A DNA stretch of 57,932 nt from a virus (lineage: Duplodnaviria > Caudoviricetes), in IMG/VR virus record IMGVR_UViG_3300027597_000005, positions 1 through 57,932 of that record. One strand, 5' to 3'. The notes beneath the pieces were generated by a model. The model was not told the origin of the DNA, did not search any database, and saw only the letters and a program-made list of their open reading frames with translations. This document shows positions 45,700 through 54,367 of the stretch, in pieces. A program made the translations under genes and the position numbers. The first letter of the stretch is position 1. Each line of letters opens with the position of its first letter.

Positions 45700-47067
45700 A
45701 TGAAAAAAGGAAAAAAGGTAGAGGAACAAGAGATTGATATCGACTTGTTATCGCCTATAACTGTTACTGATTACATCAATCAACATTATATGGATTACTC
45801 ATTGTATGTTATCCAATCACGTGCTCTCCCAAACTATATTGATGGTTTGAAAGTTGTTCAACGCAAATTGATATATGCCGCATTACAAATGGCAGCACAC
45901 AAAAAAGTAAAGGTAGCAGAGTTAGGGTCTTCACTTAGTTCATATGAATATCTTCATGGCGAAACCTCTGCTCAAGATGCTTTGGTTAGTATGGCTGCAT
46001 CATGGAAAAACAACATTCCATTATTCGATGGTCATGGTAACTTCGGTTCTCGTCTAATACAAGAATCAGCGGCCCCCCGTTACATTTATGTTAGCCTTTC
46101 CGACAAGTTTAAAGATACCTTCATAGACACCTCTGTTTGCGATTTTAAGGCCGATACACCAGAACCCATAACTTACCTACCTGTTATTCCGTGGTCGCTT
46201 ATAAACGGCATTTCAGGCGTTGCAGTGGGCTTTGCGAGTAACATTCTTCCTCGTGAATGGAAAGATGTTAAGCAAGCATGTTTGGAATACCTGACTAAAG
46301 GAAAAATAAAAACAGTTATGCAGGTAAAATATCCACATTTCAATGGGAAAGTTGAATTGCTTGAGGATGGGAGATGGGCAACATATGGTATTGTTGATAA
46401 AGAAAAGGTTGGGCGTAAAGAGGCTTATGTCATTAAAGAATTGCCTATTGGTTATGATCGTGAAAAATACTTCAATATTTTATTGAGACTTAAAAATGCC
46501 AATAAAATAAATGATTTTGATGATGAATGTAATAAGAATGGTTTTCGTTTTGTGGTCTATACTTCACCAGAACAAAATAAGGCTATTGACAAGGACATTA
46601 CTAAGTTTTTTGGATTAATGAAAACAGAAACAGAGAATATTTCAACTGTTGATGAACATGGGAAGTTGCGTATTTTCACATCAGTTGAAGATTTGGTGAA
46701 AGATTTTTGTAATTATCGTTTACAAAAGACAAAAGATTCGTTACAATACAGTATAAATCAAACTGAACAACGTCTTTTGGAGATGACTGTAAAAAAACAG
46801 TTTATTACGAATGTTGTTGAAAATGTAATCAATCTGAAAAATTATACTAAGAAAGAATTGGCTTCATATGTTTGTTCACTTGGAAATAATGTTTCGAATG
46901 ATATTTCAGAAAAGATTATATCAATACCATCCTATTCGTTTACTAAAGATAATATATTAGATTTAGAAAAGCAAATCTCTAAAGTAAATGATGAATTGAA
47001 TAAGCTTAGAAATAGCAATGAAAAAGACGTATTGGTTGATAAGATTAAAAAATTGAATTTGGATTAA
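45700..47067 (+). CDS. gp52: DNA topoisomerase II medium subunit (GyrA/ParC-like)
   Basis: RALPNYIDGLK.VQRK, YLHGE, GNFGSR, AAPRY catalytic Tyr. Confidence 0.95.
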   Translation: MKKGKKVEEQEIDIDLLSPITVTDYINQHYMDYSLYVIQSRALPNYIDGLKVVQRKLIYAALQMAAHKKVKVAELGSSLSSYEYLHGETSAQDALVSMAASWKNNIPLFDGHGNFGSRLIQESAAPRYIYVSLSDKFKDTFIDTSVCDFKADTPEPITYLPVIPWSLINGISGVAVGFASNILPREWKDVKQACLEYLTKGKIKTVMQVKYPHFNGKVELLEDGRWATYGIVDKEKVGRKEAYVIKELPIGYDREKYFNILLRLKNANKINDFDDECNKNGFRFVVYTSPEQNKAIDKDITKFFGLMKTETENISTVDEHGKLRIFTSVEDLVKDFCNYRLQKTKDSLQYSINQTEQRLLEMTVKKQFITNVVENVINLKNYTKKELASYVCSLGNNVSNDISEKIISIPSYSFTKDNILDLEKQISKVNDELNKLRNSNEKDVLVDKIKKLNLD

Positions 47068-47079
47068 AGGATTAAAGAA

Positions 47080-47601
47080 ATGGAAGATCGTGAAGTATTT
47101 TATGTTGATGTTGGGAACATGAGTAAGGAAAAAATAAATGAGATAATTGAGGAAACAGTAAAAGGGTTTTCAGCGAGGGTTTATACTGTTGATAGATTAG
47201 AACATAATGTTCACCCTGTTGAACCACTATTGGGCACTATTATTGAGAAGATTTGGGAATGGAATGACATTGCTGGTACACAAAAGAATGAAACCACAAT
47301 GGCATTGTATAAGAATCTTATCACGGAAGAATATGAAGAGTTTTTGGAAGCCTATGGTAATAAAGATCATGTCGAGGAACTAGATGCATGCGTTGATATG
47401 ATTTGGGTTATTGTTGGTTATATGCGTTCCCGTGGTTGGTCTAAGGAATTGTCTAAAGCTGCATTTGATGAAGTTCAGCGTTCTAATTTCTCTAAGTTTG
47501 TTGATGACAATGGGGAAGTAAAATGTGTAAAGCGTGAAGATGGAAAGATATTGAAGCCTTCTACATTCTCTCCCGCAGACATATCCGGTTTGTTTGTATG
47601 A
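47080..47601 (+). CDS. All-alpha NTP pyrophosphatase (MazG/PRA-PH-like) with an N-terminal portal-like peptide
   Basis: LITEEYEEF, EELDACVD, EVQRSNFSK, REDGKILKP. Confidence 0.85.
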   Translation: MEDREVFYVDVGNMSKEKINEIIEETVKGFSARVYTVDRLEHNVHPVEPLLGTIIEKIWEWNDIAGTQKNETTMALYKNLITEEYEEFLEAYGNKDHVEELDACVDMIWVIVGYMRSRGWSKELSKAAFDEVQRSNFSKFVDDNGEVKCVKREDGKILKPSTFSPADISGLFV

Positions 47602-48053
47602 CAAATTGGCCTATGACCATATATTATCGTAAAAGTTCTCCTGATAAAACCTATCAGGAGTTTTACGAAGAGCATATGAAAAAAATACCTTCTAAAAAGA
47701 AATATGAAGAAATTTTGGAAGAATTGAATGAAACACAAAAGGTTTCGGATGGGTCATATGACCTTAATGAAACATATAATGCCTTTTATAAGAGATACAT
47801 GGATTCAGTTAAGCCAAAATACTTCTTGTATGTTCAACATAGTAAAGTAGTCGAAACAGTTGATGTTAATAACGTACATGAATTTCAAGCTTTCTTGGAA
47901 CATGCGAAAGACATGAATTATGAAGTGTTAATAACAGATAAAGCAAAATCTGCTATATTAAGTCCACCATCTACTAATATTGAATCATATGGCACCACAG
48001 CAGTTGAAGTGCAGCCAATTTATAGTTCAGATATACAGAATATATTAAAATGA
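47598..48053 (+). CDS. Hypothetical protein, paralog of the N-domain of 48618..49343
   Basis: Shared pattern P..I.Y.....Y.E......PS...Y. Confidence 0.65.
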   Translation: MTNWPMTIYYRKSSPDKTYQEFYEEHMKKIPSKKKYEEILEELNETQKVSDGSYDLNETYNAFYKRYMDSVKPKYFLYVQHSKVVETVDVNNVHEFQAFLEHAKDMNYEVLITDKAKSAILSPPSTNIESYGTTAVEVQPIYSSDIQNILK

Positions 48054-48610
48054 GAATTATAACAATTTCATATAATGACTTGTTGCCACAAGGATACATT
48101 GAAGTCAATTGTACATCAAGGGGTGATAAGTATAAAGAATTATCGCCTTTCACTCATTATGACGTTAGGTTTAAAGATATATTTGCTAATAATGTTGAAA
48201 ACGCATGGCAATTTTCGAAAGTATATCCACAACATGATGATAATGGAACCCCAAATGAAAAATGGTATGAATGGAGAGAAAGAGGATTCAAGTCTTCTTT
48301 TGCTTATCGCTATCCTATGGGGAAAGGGGCAAAGCCACTGTATTCTTATGTTGATGGTGTGAAGTATGATTATGTTTCTGCAAGAAAAGAAATATATTTT
48401 CCACTATACATTGATTTTTGTTTACATAATTCGGTATTTTTGGAATTGTATAAAGAAGTATGTGATGGATATGAATGTTATGCTATTCGTGATTTTGATG
48501 CATATAAAATGAAAAAACTGACACTGAAAGAAGTAGTAAACAACCCATATAAAAAAGTTGGTCATGGTTTTGTTTTGTACCATTTATTGACTAACGAAAA
48601 TTATAAGTGA
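48050..48610 (+). CDS. DUF6939-like protein (possibly NADAR-related)
   Basis: TSR...LSPF, VENAWQFSKVY, YVSARKEIY.PLY, GHG. Confidence 0.6.
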   Translation: MRIITISYNDLLPQGYIEVNCTSRGDKYKELSPFTHYDVRFKDIFANNVENAWQFSKVYPQHDDNGTPNEKWYEWRERGFKSSFAYRYPMGKGAKPLYSYVDGVKYDYVSARKEIYFPLYIDFCLHNSVFLELYKEVCDGYECYAIRDFDAYKMKKLTLKEVVNNPYKKVGHGFVLYHLLTNENYK

Positions 48611-48617
48611 GATAATA

Positions 48618-49343
48618 ATGAAATACCCTTATCTAATATTTTACAAACAAAAAGTTGACAATTCATTAAGTTATGATGAATATGTCGGTTTATATGAAAA
48701 GGCATTGCCATCGGAAAATGAATACATGGAATACCATTCTTTGATTGGTAAGCTACCATTATTAACATATGATGAAATGATAAAACGTGAGCGTGATGGT
48801 TTTAAATCTAAGTACGAAAGTTATAGAAAGATAACATCACAGATAAATTCTAGACCAATTGATTCAGATGAAACTTATAATGAGTTTATTGATGAGTGTA
48901 TTGAAAATGGTTATGAATTATTTGATGATGATAAAAATACATTTTCTACTGTTGATATAACATGGAAGAAAAATTACGTAAAGGATATTTTGGTAACACT
49001 TTCAAACACGGTATCCAGAAATGGTGTTATCTATAGTAATGATGTTTTGGAATCTATGTCTAAACAAATAAATGAAAACAAAATATTATGTTTAAGCGGC
49101 ATACGTGATGATTTTAAAATAGATTTGGAAAATGTTGTTGGTATATGTCAGAATGCTAAAGTAACGGAGAAAGGATTAACAACAGATTTAAAAGTATTTA
49201 ATGGTTTCACATTGGACAGAGAGCATTTTACTGTAGGGTTTTGCTCATCTGGAAATGTTGATGATAAAGGTAATGTTAACGACATTGAAATAAAATATTC
49301 ATATATTTTTCCAAAAGAAGATTCACAATGGAAAAAGAGTTAA
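48618..49343 (+). CDS. Two-domain protein with a degenerate prohead-protease-like C-domain
   Basis: NTVSRNGVIYSNDVLE aligns with gp21 NIVNRNNRMYPKDILD. Confidence 0.65.
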   Translation: MKYPYLIFYKQKVDNSLSYDEYVGLYEKALPSENEYMEYHSLIGKLPLLTYDEMIKRERDGFKSKYESYRKITSQINSRPIDSDETYNEFIDECIENGYELFDDDKNTFSTVDITWKKNYVKDILVTLSNTVSRNGVIYSNDVLESMSKQINENKILCLSGIRDDFKIDLENVVGICQNAKVTEKGLTTDLKVFNGFTLDREHFTVGFCSSGNVDDKGNVNDIEIKYSYIFPKEDSQWKKS

Positions 49344-50065
49344 CAAAAACTGAATTATTCATAAAGAAAGCCAAAGCTATACATGGCGACAAGTATAATT
49401 ATGATAAAACTGTATATGTAAAAAGTTTACAAAAAGTAATCATTACATGTCCTGTTCATGGCGATTTCGAACAATTTCCAAATAATCATATTCTCAAAAA
49501 ATGTGGGTGTTATGCATGTAGTGGTAGAAATATAAAACCAGTTAATAAAAGGGCGTTAACAACATCATCTTTTATTGAGAAAAGTAAAAAAGTACACGGT
49601 GACAAGTATAATTACGATAAAACAGATTATTCACATTCACATATAAAAGTTATATTAACTTGTCCTAAACATGGTGATTTTTTAGTTTCTCCAAATAATC
49701 ATTTACGAAATGAAAAAGAGGGTGGTTGTCCAAAATGTCATTATGGCGTACCATCAAATAATGAGGTTATTGAAAACTTTAAAAAAGTACATGGTAATAA
49801 GTATAATTATGATAAAACAGTTTATGAAAATAGTTGTTCAAAGGTAATAATTACATGTTCTATTCATGGTGATTTTGAACAGTTGGCACGAAGTCATTTA
49901 AAAGGTCATGGTTGTAAAAAGTGTAGTTATATGTATAGCAAAAAATATTGTTTGTGCCCTATTCATGGACAATTTCCGAAAACAAAATATAATATAAAGC
50001 ATGGTTGCCCTAGTTGTAATATTTTGAATAATTGTGATTGTGAAGAATGTAAAAAGGGAGTTTAA
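49328..50065 (+). CDS. Zinc-binding repeat protein of homing-endonuclease type (DUF723-like repeats)
   Basis: Three copies of HG.KYNYDKT.Y....KVI.TC..HGDF......H....GC..C plus a partial fourth. Confidence 0.75.
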   Translation: MEKELTKTELFIKKAKAIHGDKYNYDKTVYVKSLQKVIITCPVHGDFEQFPNNHILKKCGCYACSGRNIKPVNKRALTTSSFIEKSKKVHGDKYNYDKTDYSHSHIKVILTCPKHGDFLVSPNNHLRNEKEGGCPKCHYGVPSNNEVIENFKKVHGNKYNYDKTVYENSCSKVIITCSIHGDFEQLARSHLKGHGCKKCSYMYSKKYCLCPIHGQFPKTKYNIKHGCPSCNILNNCDCEECKKGV

Positions 50066-50074
50066 ACTCCCTTT
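50053..50074. terminator. Bidirectional terminator
   Basis: AAAGGGAGTTT / AAACTCCCTTT between convergent genes. Confidence 0.7.
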
Positions 50075-50076
50075 CA

Positions 50077-50625
50077 TCATTTCTTTTTCTTTACAGAAGC
50101 CGCCGCAGGCGTGACTGGTTGATCATAAAAATCTGGACAAACTAGTTTTATCACACGTGGCCCACGTGTGCCAACCTGAGTGTACCATTTAGATTTAGTT
50201 AGATTTAGCGCAGCATTTTTCCAATCTTTTTTCTTGACAAATCCTAAAGTATTTTTAAAAGTCAATAATGTAGTGATGCCCATATTGAAACAAAGGTTGA
50301 CAATAGCACGGTTTGGGCCTTCTATGTCTTTTACTACTTCCCAGAAATCTTTACCTTCAAGATTTTTTATGCAACGATTTATATCATTTTTCAATAACAT
50401 CTCGACTTGTTCCATAGTCAACCCTTTTGTACTTAGAAATACATCGGCGTTGTGGAAAGATATACTGGTTGTTCCGAATATTGCTTGACATTCTTCACGG
50501 CTAAATGGTACGTCACTATAATTTCGTCCAACACCAACTGTGCGCTTACCTACAGTATCGGTATATGCTTTTAGACGAACACCTTCATCAACTTTAAGTT
50601 CTTCTATTAATTTTTTGATATCCAT
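50077..50625 (-). CDS. e: T4-type lysozyme (endolysin, GH24)
   Basis: DEGVRLKAYTDTVGKRTVGVG (E-8x-D-5x-T), FNMG, SKWYTQV..R..RV. Confidence 0.92.
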   Translation of the reverse strand: MDIKKLIEELKVDEGVRLKAYTDTVGKRTVGVGRNYSDVPFSREECQAIFGTTSISFHNADVFLSTKGLTMEQVEMLLKNDINRCIKNLEGKDFWEVVKDIEGPNRAIVNLCFNMGITTLLTFKNTLGFVKKKDWKNAALNLTKSKWYTQVGTRGPRVIKLVCPDFYDQPVTPAAASVKKKK

Positions 50626-50628
50626 TTT

Positions 50629-50784
50629 TCACCCCTGTAATGCTTTATTTTCTGGCTCGATGAGTTCTGCCATATTTGTTTTTGTTTTTGATGTTTCGTT
50701 CATATTGACGTTGGCGTATACAGTTTCACTTAAAACTGTTTTATTTTCAACCAACTCGATCAAAGGGTTATTGTTTTCCATCAT
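50629..50784 (-). CDS. Small protein between the putative holin and lysozyme
   Basis: AGGA RBS before MMENNNPLIELVE; fills the gap. Confidence 0.45.
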   Translation of the reverse strand: MMENNNPLIELVENKTVLSETVYANVNMNETSKTKTNMAELIEPENKALQG

Positions 50785-51082
50785 TATTTCCTGTATCATC
50801 TGTTGTTGTTTCACCATCGGTTTTTTTATTTTCTTTCATTTGTGCAAGTTTTAAACGTTCTTTTTCCACGGAAGCATATGAAACACCAGCCATAGTAGAT
50901 AAAGGTATAGTTAAAGCCCACATAAGGGAATCAGCGACCGTTGTGTAAAATGATGCTACTGTCAAAATCAATACACCTAATGACATAGCAGTTGCGGACA
51001 TGAATAATACTAAACGTTTTGATGAAGAATCACTTGATTCTTTCAAGAAATCCGATAGAACAAAATCTCCTAATTTAAACAT
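50768..51082 (-). CDS. Putative holin
   Basis: SSKR followed by two hydrophobic helices and a charged tail; GGAG RBS; upstream of lysozyme. Confidence 0.65.
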   Translation of the reverse strand: MFKLGDFVLSDFLKESSDSSSKRLVLFMSATAMSLGVLILTVASFYTTVADSLMWALTIPLSTMAGVSYASVEKERLKLAQMKENKKTDGETTTDDTGNNDGKQ

Positions 51083-51113
51083 AATATAATCTCCAAAAAT
51101 TTATTCAATATGC

Positions 51114-51142
51114 TTGACATTTGAATGGTTTGCTGGTATATT
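51114..51142 (+). promoter_or_regulatory. sigma70-type promoter
   Basis: TTGACA-17 bp-TATATT. Confidence 0.7.
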
Positions 51143-51168
51143 TACAAAAAATAACAAAGGTAACACAA

Positions 51169-52284
51169 ATGACTAATACACTTATCAACAACCTGATTGA
51201 AACCCCCGCATTGAAGACTAACAAAAGTACAGTAACACAAGTAAAAACACCATATAATGACATTTTTATCGTTAATGCAGCACGTGTATCTTTTGATAAA
51301 GAATCTTCGTTTAATGATGACGGGTCGTTGAAAGAAGGCGATCAAAAGCTTTTAAACTATCTCGCATCTCATGGTCACTGGACGCCTTTTTCTCATGTTC
51401 GTGAAACATTTGCATTTGATGAAGATTGGTTTGATATTGACTGGTTCATTCAATCTGTTTCTCAAGAAAACCTCAACAGTATTGTTTTCGCAAAGGCATT
51501 TGTTTATGGGAAGCCTTCGTGGGTAATTCGTCACTCCCTTTATGGTTGGATTCAGTTACTTCAATTGGATGAAACAGAACACTTGTTCCAGCCAGTTGTT
51601 GCACAATTTATCAAAACAATTTTGTCCAGTGTTTACCCCGGCTCTATGAAGGCATACAAGATGTATGAAGAACAAGTAGAGATTGAAGGCCATGACGGCT
51701 TGGTTGAATATATCCCAACCTTGGATATGTTTGAAGAGGCTGATCCTGAGAATGAACCCGGACTTTATAATAAGCCTGTTGTTGAGTTCTATCAGGAAGG
51801 AAAGCGTGAATATTTTATTGACGTAACCATTCGTGAAGATGTTCCGATTTTCGTGGCCCGCCAGAGATTTAAGCACATGGTTGGGTTTACATTCAATGAA
51901 GTAAGTCGTCGTTATGTTGACTATCCACCTACATTCTTTACCCCAGATGTATTGCGTAAACGTGCTGAAAATAAGAAACAAGGTTCTCTTGATGAAGCAT
52001 GTAATGAACATGAAGAAGCATTGGCCGTTTATAATGATGTTCTTGACTTGGTGAATGATGTTTATGCTTCGTTTGTTGAAAAGGATGATGGTGTTTTCAA
52101 AGTTTGTCCTGAACAAGCTCGTGCTTTGCTTCCACAGGCTATGATGACTAGCTATTATGCAACAGGTCATCTTGCAGCTTGGAAGCGTTTGGTTACACAG
52201 CGTCGAGATGACCACGCTCAAAAGGAAATCCGTGATTTTGCTGATGATGTTGGTGTTATCATTACCGATGTTGAAAACGCATGA
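51169..52284 (+). CDS. thyX: Flavin-dependent thymidylate synthase with a large insertion
   Basis: IVNAARVSF, HWTPF.H, PIFVARQ..KH, NEVSRRYV, PEQARALLPQ, HAQKEIR. Confidence 0.92.
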   Translation: MTNTLINNLIETPALKTNKSTVTQVKTPYNDIFIVNAARVSFDKESSFNDDGSLKEGDQKLLNYLASHGHWTPFSHVRETFAFDEDWFDIDWFIQSVSQENLNSIVFAKAFVYGKPSWVIRHSLYGWIQLLQLDETEHLFQPVVAQFIKTILSSVYPGSMKAYKMYEEQVEIEGHDGLVEYIPTLDMFEEADPENEPGLYNKPVVEFYQEGKREYFIDVTIREDVPIFVARQRFKHMVGFTFNEVSRRYVDYPPTFFTPDVLRKRAENKKQGSLDEACNEHEEALAVYNDVLDLVNDVYASFVEKDDGVFKVCPEQARALLPQAMMTSYYATGHLAAWKRLVTQRRDDHAQKEIRDFADDVGVIITDVENA

Positions 52285-53006
52285 TACGCCCATCATTCAA
52301 ACCGATTGTGCCAGATAAGGAGTTTACTCATCTTAAACTCCCTATTGACATAGAACCTGCTGTTCGTTCAGAGTTGAATGGTAGGCGTGTTTATATTGTC
52401 GATGGTGACACTTCTAATCCACTTTTCTCTGTCACTACTGTTTTAGGTGAACGAGAAAAGGATTGGGTTGAGAATTGGAAGCGTGAGGTTGGTGAGGAAT
52501 TTGCAAAGAAAGTCTCAACACAGGCATCTAACATAGGTACATGCATTCACTCTTTATGTGAATCATATTTGTCGAATATTGACATATCGGATAGTGTTCG
52601 CAATAACGTTATATTGTATCATCGTTTCAAAAAGTTGTCGAAAACACTTAACAAAATAGACAATATATATTGTTTAGAGACACCATTGTACTCTAAACGT
52701 TTGAAATTGGCCGGTACTGTTGACTGCATAGCAGAATACGATGGCGTCCCTTCCGTAATAGATTTTAAAACTTCAAACAAACCAAAGCAGTTTGAAGAAA
52801 TACCACATTACTTTGCACAAGCAACTGCTTATGCGGTTATGTTTTACGAAATGTATGGTATTAAAATAAAACAGGTAGTAATCATGATTTCAATTGATAG
52901 TGATGAAACTTTTGTATATGTTTCTAATATAAGTAAACATATAGATTATTTGATAGAATCAATTAAAATATTCAACAAGACAATGGAAGACAAAAATGGA
53001 AACTAA
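52281..53006 (+). CDS. PD-(D/E)XK exonuclease (RecB/Cas4-like)
   Basis: SVTTVL, GT.IH, LE..LYS..L.LAGTVDC, IDFKTS, Q..AYA. Confidence 0.88.
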   Translation: MIRPSFKPIVPDKEFTHLKLPIDIEPAVRSELNGRRVYIVDGDTSNPLFSVTTVLGEREKDWVENWKREVGEEFAKKVSTQASNIGTCIHSLCESYLSNIDISDSVRNNVILYHRFKKLSKTLNKIDNIYCLETPLYSKRLKLAGTVDCIAEYDGVPSVIDFKTSNKPKQFEEIPHYFAQATAYAVMFYEMYGIKIKQVVIMISIDSDETFVYVSNISKHIDYLIESIKIFNKTMEDKNGN

Positions 53007-53247
53007 AGCGTTAACACATATAGAAGGTAAGTTTATTTCTGGTCATTACAGTAGTTCAACGAGCGCAACAATAACGGTTGCCGATTTGAACGATTCCAAT
53101 GTAATTTACAAGTGTAACATTAATAAACAAAGAACTCCTGAATTGTACGAAAAATTGATTAATGTGCAAAATGGTTCTATATTATCTTTGAATGGCGCTC
53201 GTGTTAAAAACCAAGTTACTGGTGAATATCAGTACATTATAAAATAA
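52996..53247 (+). CDS. Hypothetical protein (OB-fold-like)
   Basis: Beta-rich 83-aa coupled ORF. Confidence 0.55.
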   Translation: METKALTHIEGKFISGHYSSSTSATITVADLNDSNVIYKCNINKQRTPELYEKLINVQNGSILSLNGARVKNQVTGEYQYIIK

Positions 53248-53256
53248 AGGATTATT

Positions 53257-53829
53257 ATGGCTTTAAAAGATAAACTAAAAGGCATAAAATATTTACGTTG
53301 GGTAAAATCAACCGATGATTCTTTTTCATTTAGACCACAAGAAATTTATCCCTTGATTCGTGTTGAAGGAGATAACGATCTTGTGGTTAAAGATGAATCA
53401 GAAGAAGAAATATATGTTGAACAAGAAGATTTACAATTCTTTGTTCCAGTTACAGACGAAGAATATCGTGACTCTCGAAGACAAGTTCATAGTCGCCCTC
53501 CTATCACTGGAATGGTATCAGCACAAACAGCGATACCATCTAATGTGGTAACAAGTGGGCCTAGTGTTGTTACCATAGAGATTGATCAATTTCCCCATTG
53601 GGCACAATATATTACAATAAGTAATGAAGGAATATTTGCAACGTCAGATTCTATAGATGAAGTATCCAAGATGAAAGAAAAGGTATCTTTAACTTCGCCT
53701 ATTGTTTTGAAAATACCAAAACGTAAAGTTCCTTTAGAAACACTTGCCATGTGGTTTAAGGAAGGTAAGATTACGTATGAAGAGTTTGAAAAGGAAATGA
53801 AATCTACGTTCGGGGGGCTTTCTATATGA
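53257..53829 (+). CDS. Hypothetical protein
   Basis: AAGGA RBS; C-terminal EGKITYEEFE (SHOCT-like). Confidence 0.7.
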   Translation: MALKDKLKGIKYLRWVKSTDDSFSFRPQEIYPLIRVEGDNDLVVKDESEEEIYVEQEDLQFFVPVTDEEYRDSRRQVHSRPPITGMVSAQTAIPSNVVTSGPSVVTIEIDQFPHWAQYITISNEGIFATSDSIDEVSKMKEKVSLTSPIVLKIPKRKVPLETLAMWFKEGKITYEEFEKEMKSTFGGLSI

Positions 53830-54104
53830 CTCCTATAAATGGAAATGTAATAGTTAAGTGGATTGATAACAAAAATGGGGATTTAGTAACAGTTCTTGTT
53901 ATTGAAGAGGGTAACTGTCCTCTACATGATTTTGGTATAACGTATAATACCCACAAAGACGAATATTTTTTGGTTAATCCAACAGATATAAAGTATATCA
54001 ATCGTAATGAATATATTGGTGTTATTAAAACATCAAGTTTAAGAGTAAATTTAGGAAAGGATTATGGAATTAATATCGAAAAACAAGACGTTAGTGGCAG
54101 TTAA
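53826..54104 (+). CDS. Hypothetical protein, possibly a divergent GroES-like protein
   Basis: MTPINGNVIVK resembles the GroES N-terminus. Confidence 0.5.
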   Translation: MTPINGNVIVKWIDNKNGDLVTVLVIEEGNCPLHDFGITYNTHKDEYFLVNPTDIKYINRNEYIGVIKTSSLRVNLGKDYGINIEKQDVSGS

Positions 54105-54321
54105 AATTGAGGTTGAGGCTAAGAGCAAGTCTGGGTTGTATCTAGGCAGTGCCGATGAAAGTCCACCTTTGTTTAAAGTAGTTAGTGCAAATGAATCCTA
54201 TAAGGACATTTATGAAGGGGATAAATTATTGATTTCAACATCACCCCCAAAGGCTAAGTTTGATGGTGTTGAGTATTACTTTATCAACTACGAATCAATA
54301 TTAGCGGTATACCGTGATTGA
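54064..54321 (+). CDS. GroES-like co-chaperonin
   Basis: KSKSGLYL mobile loop, VVSA, EGDKLL, DGVEYYFINYESILAV. Confidence 0.8.
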   Translation: MELISKNKTLVAVKIEVEAKSKSGLYLGSADESPPLFKVVSANESYKDIYEGDKLLISTSPPKAKFDGVEYYFINYESILAVYRD

Positions 54322-54362
54322 CAAAATAACTCCGAAAATGCTATACTAGTGTTTTCGGAGTT
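54318..54362 (+). promoter_or_regulatory. Promoter embedded in an RBS-sequestering hairpin upstream of denV
   Basis: TTGACA-18 bp-TATACT; AACTCCGAAAA / TTTTCGGAGTT arms, with GGAG in the 3' arm. Confidence 0.7.
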
Positions 54363-54367
54363 TTTGT

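Noticed and set aside
51556-52296. 246-aa minus-strand ORF
   Set aside because: Antisense shadow of thyX
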